DNA from: Takakia lepidozioides
Taxonomy: Eukaryota; Plantae; Bryophyta
Length of the DNA stretch: 64,000 nucleotides
Direction: 5' to 3'
Assembly: GCA_030704615.1 (NCBI GenBank)
Contig: CM060731.1
Coordinates: forward strand, 62,310,001-62,374,000
The notes beneath the pieces were generated by a model. That model was not told the origin of the DNA. It made no database searches and saw only the letters and a list, made by a program, of their open reading frames with translations. Both the position numbers and the translations under genes were made by a program. Shown one piece after another: positions 24,929 to 37,400 of this stretch (positions are counted from its first letter, which is position 1; each line of letters starts with the position of its first letter).

Positions 24929-25188
24929 GGTGTAGCATGCGCAACACCTTTAGTCAAATGAAAAATTAATAAGAGTACATGTTGACTAAGAGGGTGTTGC
25001 GTTCGCAACCACCTCTTTAGGGTTTAGGGTTTAAAATTTGGACATGTTCACGAAATGTAAGATATTTCATCATGTTCACTAGGGTGTTGCGTACGCTACA
25101 CCCTCATCTTCTCCTTGAAAATAAGAACCTAAGTTGGTAGGAAGATATCGACGACAAAGAACATAGGGGTGTTGTGCATGCTACCCCT
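24929..25188. repeat. Four short imperfect palindromes GGTGT(T/A)GC-N4-GC(A/T)ACACC
   Basis: At ~24929, 24992, 25081 and 25166. Confidence 0.6.
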
Positions 25189-27469
25189 CATCTTTTACTT
25201 GCAGATCATATCATATGTAGAAATGTTTATTAGAAACATATCTGGAGCTATGTTGTCCACGTTTTGTTGAAACTCCATGAGTTTGAGAGGTCGAACCACT
25301 AGAGTAATCTATGTGAAATGAACTCAAATTGGAGGCATAAGCCTCTTATACTGGAAGGTAGATAGGTAGGTAGGTACTATTTGGTAGGTTGGTATTACTT
25401 GGGAGATTTATATTGGTTGATAGATTACACATATCACATTAATGTTTAAATTAATTTTTTAAATATTATGTGTAGGTTGGCTTCAAATATGGTTGGAACG
25501 AAAAACACAACGCATATTGTACGCCTAGAAAATCCTCCACCGCGTCCTGAGGCTACAAGATCTGCAGAACCAAATCGTCCTAATAGATGACAAAGATTGT
25601 GGAATGATGTAAGTTTGGAATTTGTGGATCATGGGTTTTATGTGGCCCTTTTACAAAAACAAGGACATTTAGAGACACCGTCTGCAGGATTATATGTAAC
25701 AATCGATCCGCTGACAGATCCCTTACGCCTACACGACGCACAATTGTTGGGCATACTGAGAGGGATATTCGTAGCGGATAACGGATGACACGTCATTCAA
25801 AGCAAAAGTACAATTAGTGGATACAAGGGGTGAATCGAACATGTATAAGCTACAAAAACAATGTTTGTCAATACCGTCTGTACTTCTTGAAAGACCAGAC
25901 CCCATGATGAAAGATCTTCAATACCTTGTGAAATGGTGAAGTGAGCTTGACGAGGGAGAACGAACTCGTACAGAAAAATGGTCGATCTTACTGATGGAAC
26001 ATGAGACGTGGTTCCAAACTCAGAGCCAATACATGAACAACAACATGAACACTTGATTGAGTCTGATCCTGTTATATACCGGGAAGTGTTGAAGGAGCCA
26101 ACATTTTTGGAGAACCGGTGGTGCTCAACCCAATTGATGGATTTTCATATACTCATGATGAACGTCGTTTTCACTCATAGCTTAATGTTCATGTGATTGA
26201 CTCAGAAATAGAACGATACGGGACTTAGACTGGAATGAAATAGAGACTTTTTACTGATGAAGAGTATGATAAGTGGATGAAGGATATCCCAAATGTGTTC
26301 CACAGAAATGATGGAAACCAGACATGCCATATATGAAATAAAAGAGGGTTGGAATTCATGGGTGCATTATGATCTACTTTAATGGATGTTTCTCCCTTAT
26401 GATTTTGACAAATATATATTTTACAATATATCATGGTGTGTTAGATGCATGAAAGTAGGAGCTAGGGGCGGGTACACCGGGTTTGGGTAGAGCTATTGGA
26501 GTTTCAATTCTCTTACAATAAAAGTGGACAAGCCATTGTCCACTTTTAACGAACACAGTGTTTGGACCAATTTTTCAAGGGACCAATGTCTGTTGGATAA
26601 TTGTTTCTAGATGGAATACATTGATTTTGGTATTGGATGAATTTTTTTTGCAGCTGTTGGATGAGATATATTTGCTTGTTGGAGTTTGCTGCTTTTTGTA
26701 TCAAGTTTTTTTTTAAACGTTTTGGCAATAGCGGTGGTATTGACACCCTATGCATTTTATAGAATGAGTGTGGATAGCAATAACATAATTAATCTTTGCA
26801 TTCTTTGCACAAAAATAGAGTACTATGGAACACTGACTTGGACGGATTCAAGGCTATATACTCAAATTGTATAGTTTAGACTGATCCGAAATTGACGGGA
26901 ATGTAAGACTGACACTCTTATTTCGAACAAAAAACCTTACTCTGAATGGTGAAGGGCAAGCTAGCTTGCATGTACCATGCATTTGTTCAGATAATAACCT
27001 TGCTACCATGCCATATCAACCTAATGTATATATTTATCATATGACATGTAGTTCATCGTATCACACACAAGTTATGGTGTAGTATCTATTTTTTTAGGAA
27101 TTATAATTACCATAAAAATGTTTCAAAACTTTTAGTCACCAGAAAGGTATGTTCATAAATTTTTTTAAATTCAATTTTAATATAAAATAGGTTCAATACT
27201 AATCCAATAGTAAGGTGAGAAATGTGTGAAATGAGGATTCCTCCACAAAATATGAGGTTAAATGTCCTAAGCAATGTGCTGTGGAACATAAATGATGGGC
27301 CACAAAATGATTTATGGGGGCAAGGGTGGGAGTGGCATGACTTGTGACTTCTGCGTGAAAGCTATTTTTCCTTGATTTTTATCAATATAACATAGAGTAT
27401 ATCTAAAGCAAAATAAATAAAAATATTTTCCAGTAAATCAAGCGGCTAGTCACCGACTCCTTGTGAGTA

Positions 27470-28052
27470 GTGGAATCTACTTTCATCCATAATAAACTTG
27501 AAAATTCATCTTTCTATTCGCCTTACGATTTTTTAAATTGGCAGCACTGGGGGGAGACAATGACATGGGATGCTCCGAGAGAGATGCACGCCTTGGATGC
27601 GAAGACGTTAACTAGGGTTAAAGATCTGGTGACCTTTTGGGTGACATCCAACTGGGAAATAACCGTGCGTGCTAGAGGCATACGACAGTCCAAAGGGAGT
27701 TTTTTTCCGGAACTTGGGAGGGCATTGGAGCTATACCAGACAAAGATTCTTCCGATTGCCTGAGGATCCGTGGGTGCCAGCGGAAAACAACCCATACAAT
27801 CGCGAACCGATTGGGAGAGACCTATTTATGAGAGAGTTGGAGGCCGTTAGCATCCGTTGGGAGAACATGAATGAGAGGTATTGGGTGCCTCGTCGGGATG
27901 AAGGGCCATTTCTTTCAGAGTTGCGCAGAGACCCCCGACAGGAGGAGGTGTTGGACAATTTCAAGGCTGCCATCACGAGTGTTGTAAAGTATTGGCAGAA
28001 CACATGGCGTGACCAAGTTGCCCTTATTCCAGGATTGCAGAACTCTCTCTAA
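27470..28052 (+). pseudogene. Orphan Trp-rich ORF in two overlapping frames, convergent with the kinase
   Basis: ORFs 27470-27763 and 27669-28052 read as one protein-like sequence. Confidence 0.4.
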
Positions 28053-28219
28053 AGAGTACATGAAGTAGAGCACAAATCAAGTTTGGAGTGCAAAACGGGC
28101 AAGAAATTGTGATTTGGGTCCAAATGAATTTTGATCGCAACAAACCATTAAAACATTATGGTACGAGACAAACACAATTGAAAACAACATTTATTCAAAC
28201 ATGATGTACAGTCAGAGGT

Positions 28220-29685
28220 CTACAAGTTTCCATCAATCCTCCAGCAATTTTTGGGCTCGGGCCATTTTAATAGCCCCGTCATAAAACGCTTCACAATATT
28301 TTCTAGTTTGTACCGCAACTCTACTGTGTCTACACACAAGTTTTCCAGAGCCAAAGCAAAACAAGTTCCAGTAGACATATCGTTGAACAGACTTGCATCG
28401 AACGTGTTACCCCCATTTATTGCCTGGGCTATCTTCCCAATTGCAAAGGTCTCTGATGGCACGGTTAGAGGGGGCCTAGGAGGTGTGCCATCTGACTGGT
28501 TGTTAGCTATATTATGAACAATTGCAATTTCAGGTGCAATCCACCATCTATGTGCAAGAGTCTTTATCATCTTGTCTCTGCTCTAAAAAATGTACAACGT
28601 GGTTTTTGGGTCATCCATCGTGGAGGCCATCCCCCAATCGCATACCCCGATGTACACATCTTCAGACCCTTGTGGAAAATGCAACAAGATGTTGTCGGGG
28701 GACATGTCGTTGTGCAAGAGGTGGTGATTATGGACGTTGAGCATGATGTGCAAAAGCGCCCATGCCAATTGGGTGCAATTCTGTCGGAATCGAACCAGTC
28801 GGTGGACCTCCTGCATTTCCTGCTCCGTTACCCGTCGTTCCATTAACTCTATGTTATCCCGATCATTCTCCCATTTCCTGTCAATACTCAACCATGATCG
28901 TATGGTCCCCCCATTCCACCAATGTGTGTAACCTTCATTTCGACGTGGATGCAACGCAAAATACTTTATGATGCCGAAATGATGGAACTTTACAGCCAAC
29001 GCCTCATTGTTATGTTGGACTTTGGCAAACAACATTTGTTTTTTGGGCGCGTCGAGTTGTTATACCTGTGCGTTTGTGGATCTGTATTTCACATTCAATG
29101 CCGCATCGCGGGACGAGGACCCTGCCTTCCATGGGAGTGGTTTCGTACGTCGTTTGGGACCTAGAGGATATTGATTCCGGGGAGAACTGAAGCGTACCGC
29201 CCATCGTCCGCCGGCCTTTGCCATGTCAGACCACCAATCCACAAGCACAAAAAACTCCTCCTCCGAAGTTGGCATGCGACCTTCAGCTACAGGTGTTCTC
29301 GTAACAAACTTGTCCATGGTTTGCCTCAGATTCCATGTGGCATCATGGGCCCGGTCCTCCATCCATTTCGTAAACCGGAACTTCGCCATGTCCTCCTCCC
29401 ATTCATCCCGGCCAAAGCCTCCCTCATTCTCATCTCTATATTGTGCTGGAATCTAAGGAACCCCTCTTTCCCATGTCGGACATACAAAAGATTCAAACGC
29501 ATTATGTCATTGTCCTTCAAATAATTCAGCACTACTTGCTTCACCACCTTCGCGGCCTCTGCGCTTGGATAGTCTTTTTTGTTGACCTGACTATCCTATT
29601 CATGTGCATGTTTACACTTCCTGCCTTTACGCCCACTTCCCGAGGAACCCCTTGACACTGTGTTTGAAGCAACGTTTCCGGACAT
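28220..29685 (-). pseudogene. Protein kinase-like gene, frameshifted
   Basis: LLHNDMSPDNILL (catalytic loop), VCDWGMA (DFG equivalent), WWIAPE (APE). Confidence 0.8.
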
Positions 29686-30015
29686 GATGAAAGTACTCTG
29701 CGGAATAGACGCGGCTTCGTAACGGAAAACTAAACCCAGACTATTGATAACCTTATATACTAGCAGACCAATTTCCTCACCCTCTATTGGTATAGTACCC
29801 AAAGCAAACTCTCCCGCAGTCCCAGGAAAAAAAAGCAAAAACTCCTCCCTCACACAAATCCACTTTCTCCCCCCCCACGCTCAGTCCTGGCCACCGAAGT
29901 TCAAACTCCAAGAAGCCCTAGAACCGCACTCACAGAGAGGGAAAAAAATGGGTTGGGAATGAGGGGTAGGCCCTTACATACTGCCTGGAGAGGTTGGGCG
30001 CACGACCGCCTCTGC

Positions 30016-33000
30016 TAATATTGATGCTTGCAGGGGACCCACTTCCCTCTCATGCCGAGAGCGCCCTCACGCATCGTTACAAAATCCGGACACGTGCAAG
30101 TAGGGAAATTCCCCACGGTAACCTGATATTCTTTGCCATGAAGAACTGAGCCAATAGACAGCACTGTGTAAATCCGTCCATACCCGGGGCAGGGACTTCG
30201 GTGATACGAGCCACCCGAGCCTGCAAAATTCTAGCCGATTCCATCTTGCATTCGTGATCTGCACCCGAAGCGACACGGCGCACTGTTTTTCCATCTCTTT
30301 TTGTTGGGTGGGAGTTGGCACCGGGTGGAGGCATTGTCGGAGCTTGTGGCACATCTGTGCCGACAGTGCACAAGGGCACCACTCGGGATCGTGCAAGACA
30401 AAACCCTCCCTCCTCCAGCATGCTTATCTCGGTTGTTGACAGCGACGTCCCAAGTTTCACAGGCCAAATTGCGGGGGGAGGGGGTTTCATTATCACCGAA
30501 GGACGAACTGTTCCCTTGACGCATCGTGCCATATCGTCTGGGCAGAACCAGAACTTGTGGTCCTTTGACTCCCCACTATGATAAGGTCGGAACAACCCTG
30601 TGAATGTTGGAGCTGGAGTCCCCCTGGAGCCTTTGCATATTTTTGATTTGCATTTCTTGAAAGAGGGGGTCCGAATTGCCATGCAAGCAACTCTAGATCC
30701 TGGTGGGGTGCGTTCTATATGCCACTCACTATCAATGCAATCAGATTCCTGCACCATGGCCACCACCTCCTCCAATGGGATTCCTACTGCTGTGCTTGCA
30801 TGTTCTGCACCTGCTCCACAGGAGGAGGACCACCTGGGAAGGGGCCGGCACAGGACTTAGTCTGCACTGGAGACACCTTTGGCACAGAGAAATTGACCCT
30901 GTCTGGGCGATGGGAATCTCCATCTGAACCTGGAAGAGTGTTCAATTTCCTTTTGCATGATCCAAATCTTTCCTCGCCTTCCAAATGAGGGAGCCTGGAT
31001 TGCAATGGGGAGCCTTCAGTGCACCTGTTCAGAGCTTTGGCCATCTTGGATGGGTCTCCAGACCTACTCGCAGCCCTTAGCATCAACAAAGTCGAACCGG
31101 GGCCCTTGCCTCCACCCCGTCCCATCAGAAAATTGCGGTACCTGGTTTGTTGTGTGAGTGCCCGCACCATGTCATCAGCAGCAGTGGCCACATACAAGTC
31201 ACGACCTGCTTTGGTAGATTGCTGCATCCAGGCGTTATGAACAGTCTCCGCCAAATTACAGGATGGCATGTCGGCCAAGTCCTCCAAGGACATTTCCTGC
31301 ACGAGGCATTGCATGGAAATGTGAGGAAGGAAAGGAAATGGAAGAGGTTCTTCAAGCGACAATCCAAGAACCCCAAATGAAGAGGCATGTTGCAAAATTT
31401 CTGATTTTGGGATTCGAGAGGCTTACCGTCGTCATGAAAGCTCCCACTGTCTGTATCTGAAGTGCCAGAAAAACCAACCAGTCCTCCAACTCCTTCAGGT
31501 GGATACCAGTAGCAGCACCAGAGGGAAACCACCAAGCCCGGATTGCTTGGTAAGTGCTCTCAGCTTCTCCCATTGATTTGGCATTTTTGTACTTGAGACA
31601 GAGCCTTCTGTGCTCCAACTGAAGGTCAGGGCGAATGCAGCGCTTTGTATGACGTGCCAGAGATTGACTCCAATGGAAGAGGCATGTGCGCTCCCTATTT
31701 TCCATTGGGACCTTAGGATCCCCCGAACCAAACACGCGCCGCACTGCATTGAAATTTGCCTGTGCACTATCAGCCATGAAGCCCAAAATTTGTCTTCTGT
31801 ATTCCGTTGCGCTGCATGACGGCCAGGAGCGAATTCCACATGAGCATCTGGGATTCAGTGTCCTCCGACTGCATATCACAAATTGCTATTGAGAGCACAC
31901 GTTGGTACGCTGGATCATACACATGGCACGCCATGGTGTCCAACCCTTCACCCGTTTGCAGTGATCAAACATCAACCAACATTTAGCCAAATCTCCTCCA
32001 GGTTGCATTCGGCGGACAATGCTAACACCACTGCCTTCGCCCACTGCGGACATCTTGAACAAATAAACCTTGGATGAGCCCTGGCCAGGGAAGATACTGT
32101 TTTGAATGAATTCATAGCGACTTCTCCGTTTGAGGTCCATAATGTTGTCCATGAATCCAGCATTGCCTGTGCCGACTCTGAGTGCATTCACCTGGTTTCG
32201 AATTGGAGAGCTCAACACGGAGAAATGTCCATCACTGCATCAAGCGAATCTGCATCCAGCATTGGCTGTGTCGAATCCCCTTCACCCAATATGTGTTTTT
32301 CCAGGAAAGCCTTGCTAGCTGCAAGCGCTATAGCAGAAGGTGTTGCAGAAGGGGCATTGTGGAACTCCTGCTTCAGCAGATTTCTAGCGATGTCCACGCT
32401 ATCCCTGCAACTTCCTTTGGACACAGGATGCTCGTGTGCACCCATATGAATGCAGGCACGAGTCATTGTTTTGCACCGGTGTGCCACCTGGTACATACGA
32501 GCGTGGCACACAGAAACACAGGACGGGGAAAGTTTGCAGAACCTGCACACAAAGTATTGGTCTTGGGAGGGGCAAGTCCTGGGGTGAAAGGATTCAAGGG
32601 CACACCTTCCCACTCACTCTCGTTTGGTTGAGCGCTGTTTCTCAGGCGAGGGCAAGATATATTCAGGCACTTGCAATGCCCAACGCAAACCGACCTTCGA
32701 AATTTCAATCCAATGTCGTTGTGGATGTTTGACGTTTTGTCCTGCACCAAGGTGTCCGTCATGTTTCTTGTCCATGCCCTGCAGAAGCCCAGCCAGTCCA
32801 TTGGAAGACGTGGGAGGGTTGAGCTCAAACAAGATGTCCCCATCAAACTCTGCTGGCACGTATTGAACCCGCTGCACACGAAGGGACTCCCAATCAACAA
32901 AACGCAGCTCGCTCTTGCACCCAGGCACCCCTGCGAGGGCTTTCAATTTTGGAATGACACTCGTTATCTCTTGCAATTCGGATTCATCCAAGAATGGAGT

Positions 33001-33436
33001 CTGCACTGGCGGAGGAATCTCAGAAACATCCTCCGAGGACGAGTCTGAAAGAGTCACGAATGTAGTGGATGTGCTCACCTCTTTTTTCACATGAACTGTG
33101 CCCTTCTGCTGCACGACCGATGCTGCAGTTCCAGGGGTAATGACTGATCCTGCTGATTGTCTTCTCTCTTTTCCAAGGACACGGTATGTGCTGGAAGGAC
33201 TCTCCACTTCCTTCCACACTCGCCAACCAATGGTTTCTCCAATGTCCAGAATCCAAATTCCCATCCTCGTCATACACCTCCTTTTGAACAAGCAGAGAAC
33301 CCAATTCCAGTGGGAACACTGTAACCAGCTCATCCTCATGAACAACTGCAAACCCATCGTCGTCTGCAGTGGCAGTCAGTGGAAGACTACCTGCATTGGA
33401 ATGAAATCGTGCTAGTCTATCTCTGTCCTTGGACAT
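30016..33436 (-). pseudogene. Mutator-like transposase: GCM/WRKY-like Zn domain + MULE DDE core + SWIM; multiple frameshifts
   Basis: GMDKKHDGH..CVGHCKCLNISC..CRFC..CHARMY..ACIHMGAHEHP; WLMFDH (D1), FMADSAQANFNA (D2), CLFHW (CxxH), NLAETVHNAW (E); SWIM CTCPDF..PCKH. Confidence 0.8.
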
Positions 33437-34400
33437 GTTTTCCTACGCTGACCAAAACTTTCGATTCACAACGGAATCCCCGATTTGATAGCCCGCAATT
33501 CTGGAAAGGGGATCCACCACAAAAAAATTGAGGTCAACAAGGGTAGCAGTAACCCAAAGGCTGCGGTCGATGCATCAGAAGGATGCAAGAATGACATGCA
33601 CTGAACTTCGGAGATAACCACGCTGAGAGACACCAACTAGAAAAACTGTTTTCAAATAAAGAAGGCCACAAGAAGCCGTGCTGTTTTTGGATGAAAAACA
33701 AACCCTGAACATGACATGAAACCATCCTTTATGGAAAGACGGCAACAACCCTGGAGAGCAGTAAACAGGAAGACCCCGAATGTAATGAGGTCGTGTCGTG
33801 CCAGAAGAGCACAGCACAAACACTGACACTCCAAGAGTCACCTCGCACGGATGTGTGCAACACAAGATCATTTCCGACACAACCCTTTATACCGAATGAC
33901 CCCATGGCGACGATGACGGCAAAATGCAAAGCACAGGGCAGGCAGTACAAAACACGTGGATGCATATGTGAAGCACAACATTTATGGGGAATCTGCAAGA
34001 ACTGCTCCAAATTGAACTAGCATTAGATTTTGCGGCACTTCCGAATTTGAAACCATTCCAGAAGGCCGCCATATATTGGCAGGCGGCGAAGTACATCTGA
34101 CATATATCACAAGTACATGCAACGTATGCACATATTTTCTGGCACTTTATTTCTTGAATAATACAAAGACGCCGAAATGGATGAATTCCGTTCGCACACA
34201 ATAACAACACCCGCATCCAAATACGGTTGACAATGTCCTATTTTGATTTTGGTTACATGCAATAGCAACCCTTGTTGCAAACGTCAAACTGGAGAGCTCT
34301 AGAGGCATCGTGGGGAGCCCTTGTTTCCAGCGGAGGGAGGAAGAGAAGGAAATCATTGTACTTCACGAGCTCTAGAAACAGGAATAGAGCCAGATATAGA

Positions 34401-37400
34401 ATGAGGATGGAAAGAGTGGCCGAAGAGGAAAAGCGGAGAAGAGAGGGCAAAGAGACAAGTTCGGCGATGGAAGAGCAGGAATCCGGGGAAGACCAGCAGC
34501 CTGCCATAGTTCCAAGAACAGATGAGGAGGACACTGCATCCGAGGGAGAGGCAGACGCCGAAGATGATGTTGACGCTGGCCTCACGAAGAACCTAATAGT
34601 GGAAGAGAGGATGGGGGAGATGCTCCAGAACACAAGAGGCGTGGAGAGCAGTCCGAAGCGCAAAGGGTCCCCGGCGATTGGGGAGTCTTCTGGAGCAGCC
34701 AAAAAAAAGGTTCAATCTTTGGAACCCATCTTTGTGCTTCATTGCTGATGTGAACCCAAGTTGAGATTCTATGTCGATATGAACATAGACTGCACACGGC
34801 ATCTCTGCAGGTTGCATCAACCGCGAACAAGAAGCTCAAAAAGTGTAGCCAAAACGGCCAAATTGGGCAGTCTTTGAGCACACCTTGTCTTTGTTTTTCC
34901 CCTGTGAAATTCGGCAATACAGGGAATGTCTCGGAGGTTCAATCATCACTTCATGGCAGCTCAAACAGTGTGCGTCAACGCACACTGTTTGAGCTGCCAT
35001 GTCATTGCACTTGTCATCTGAAAATTGGCCACATAGGGTTGAATTTGAGGTTGAATCATCACTATCCTGGCAGCTCAAACAGTGTGCGTTGGCGCACACT
35101 GTTTGAGCTGCCCTTATCATTGCCTTTTTCATTTGAGAATGGGCCACATAGGGCATGTCTGAGGACCGATGAACACTTATCTGGCAGCTCAAACAGTGTG
35201 CGTTGCCGTACACTGTTTGAGCACACCTTGTTTTTCCCCTGTGAAATTCGGCCACAGGGCATGTCTCGGAGGTTCAATCATCACTTACATGGCAGCTCAA
35301 ACAGTGTGCGTCAACGCACACTGTTTGAGCTGCCATGTCATTGCACTTGTCATATGAAAATTGGCCACATAGGGTTTGAATTTTGAATCATCACTATCTT
35401 GGCAGCTCAAACAGTGTGCGTTGGCGCACACTGTTTGAGCACACCTTGTTTGTTTTTCCCTGTGAAATTCGGCAATACAGGGCATGTCTGAGGTTCAATC
35501 ATCACTTACATGGCAGCTCAAACAATGTGCGTCAACGCACACTGTTTGAGCTGCCATGTCATTGCACTTGTCATCTGAAATTGGCCACATAGGGTTTGAA
35601 TTTGAGGTTGAATCATCACTATCCTGGCAGCTCAAACAGTGTGCGTTGGCGCACACTGTTTGAGCTGCCCTTATCATTGCCTTTTTCATTTGAGAATGGC
35701 CACATAGGGCATGTCTCTGAGGACCGATGAACACTTATCTGGCAGCTCAAACAGTGCGTTGCCGCACACTGTTTGAGCACACCTTGTTTTTTTCCTGTGA
35801 AATTCGGCAATACAGGGCATGTCTCGGAGGTTCAATCATCACTTACATGGCAGCTCAAACAGTGTGCGTCAACGCACACTGTTTGAGCTGCCATGTCATT
35901 GCACTTGTCATCTGAAATTGGCCACATAGGGTTTGAATTTGAGGTTGAATCATCACTATCCTGGCAGCTCAAACAGTGTGCGTTGGCGCACACTGTTTGA
36001 GCTGCCCTATCATTTTTTCATTTGAGAATGGGCCACATAGGGCATGTCTGAACACTTATCTGGCAGCTCAAACAGTGTGCGTTGCCGCACACTGTTTGAG
36101 CACACCTTGTTTTTTTTCCCCTGTGAAATTCGGCAATACAGGGCATGTCTCGGAGGTTCAATCATCACTTACATGGCAGCTCAAACAGTGTGCGTCAACG
36201 CACACTGTTTGAGCTGCCATGTCATTGCATTTGTCATCTGAAAATTGACCACATAGGGTTTGAATTAGTGGTTGAATTATCACTATCCTGGCAGCTCAAA
36301 CAGTGTGCGTTGGCGCACACTGTTTGAGCTACCCTTATCATTGCCTTTTCATTTGAGAATGGGCCACATAGGGCATGTCTCTGAGGACCGATAAACACTT
36401 ATCTGGTAGCTCAAACAGTGTTCTTTCAACACTTACGGTTCAATGAACACTTATCTTGCACCTCAAACAGTGTGCGTCAACGCACACTGTTTGAGCTCAC
36501 CTTTTCTACCACAGATGGCCTGTTTGCCATGCTCAAACACCCTCGTCTAATGCCTCACTCTTATGTCAATTTGAATGGACAACCCTGCAGGAGAAGATGC
36601 AAAGTGTGGCGGAGGAGATCCCTTCGGGGCTGGGGAAGGATATCATTGTTGATGTTGACGATGAGTTCTATGAAAGCAAAGCCGCTGAGATGCTGGGGGG
36701 TCAGAAGGTAAACTCTCAGCTTGTGGTGCAAAGTATGCTTGCCCCGGGTGGGAGGTTGAAGATTCCCCTGTGTAGGATGGTTTCCATGCCCGTCGTTTGA
36801 CCACCCCTCATCAAGGACATTCTCAAGCTAGAGGCCGAGTTTGTTCATGGGTATTTGGATGGATCCGCAGTGTTTTACGTTTGTACAAAGGATTCCACAG
36901 GCAATGAGCTCCTTGTGGATGAGTCAATCGTGGACTCCTGGGATCCTATTTGGAGACAGGTGAACGAATCCTTCGAAACTTCTTCTCTCCAGGAACCTTC
37001 CACCCAGGCATTCTCGGGGAAGATGTTTCACGTTTGGGATGGGAACCACCGATTGCTTGCATGGATGGGCTGTTATTGGGAGGCTGCACTCACAGGAGGA
37101 AGAGTGGCATACTCTGTTTGATCGATGGTGCTGGATTGTGAGGGGAACATGATGGGTCTTCTGACGGCAATGAATGATGTGAACAGGTTGGTTTCTCATT
37201 CTACTTGTTCCACTTGCAGTTCCTTGGTTCTTTGATTAAAGTCCTTGAATTTCATTCTGACTTCAGATATCATTCTGCAGAGGAACGGAGACATCACATG
37301 TCAAAACGAGTCTGGTTCACACACTGTATAGGATACAAAGGATCGGGCAGATGCCCTTGACCAACTTCAAGACCATCCTTTCAGCGGAGACGTACAAGAA

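Noticed and set aside
25016-25032. Interstitial telomere (TTTAGGG)n
   Set aside because: Only about 2.4 copies; at most a telo-box
34873-36500. CRISPR array
   Set aside because: Spacers are not unique (three related linkers recycle), no cas genes, eukaryotic context
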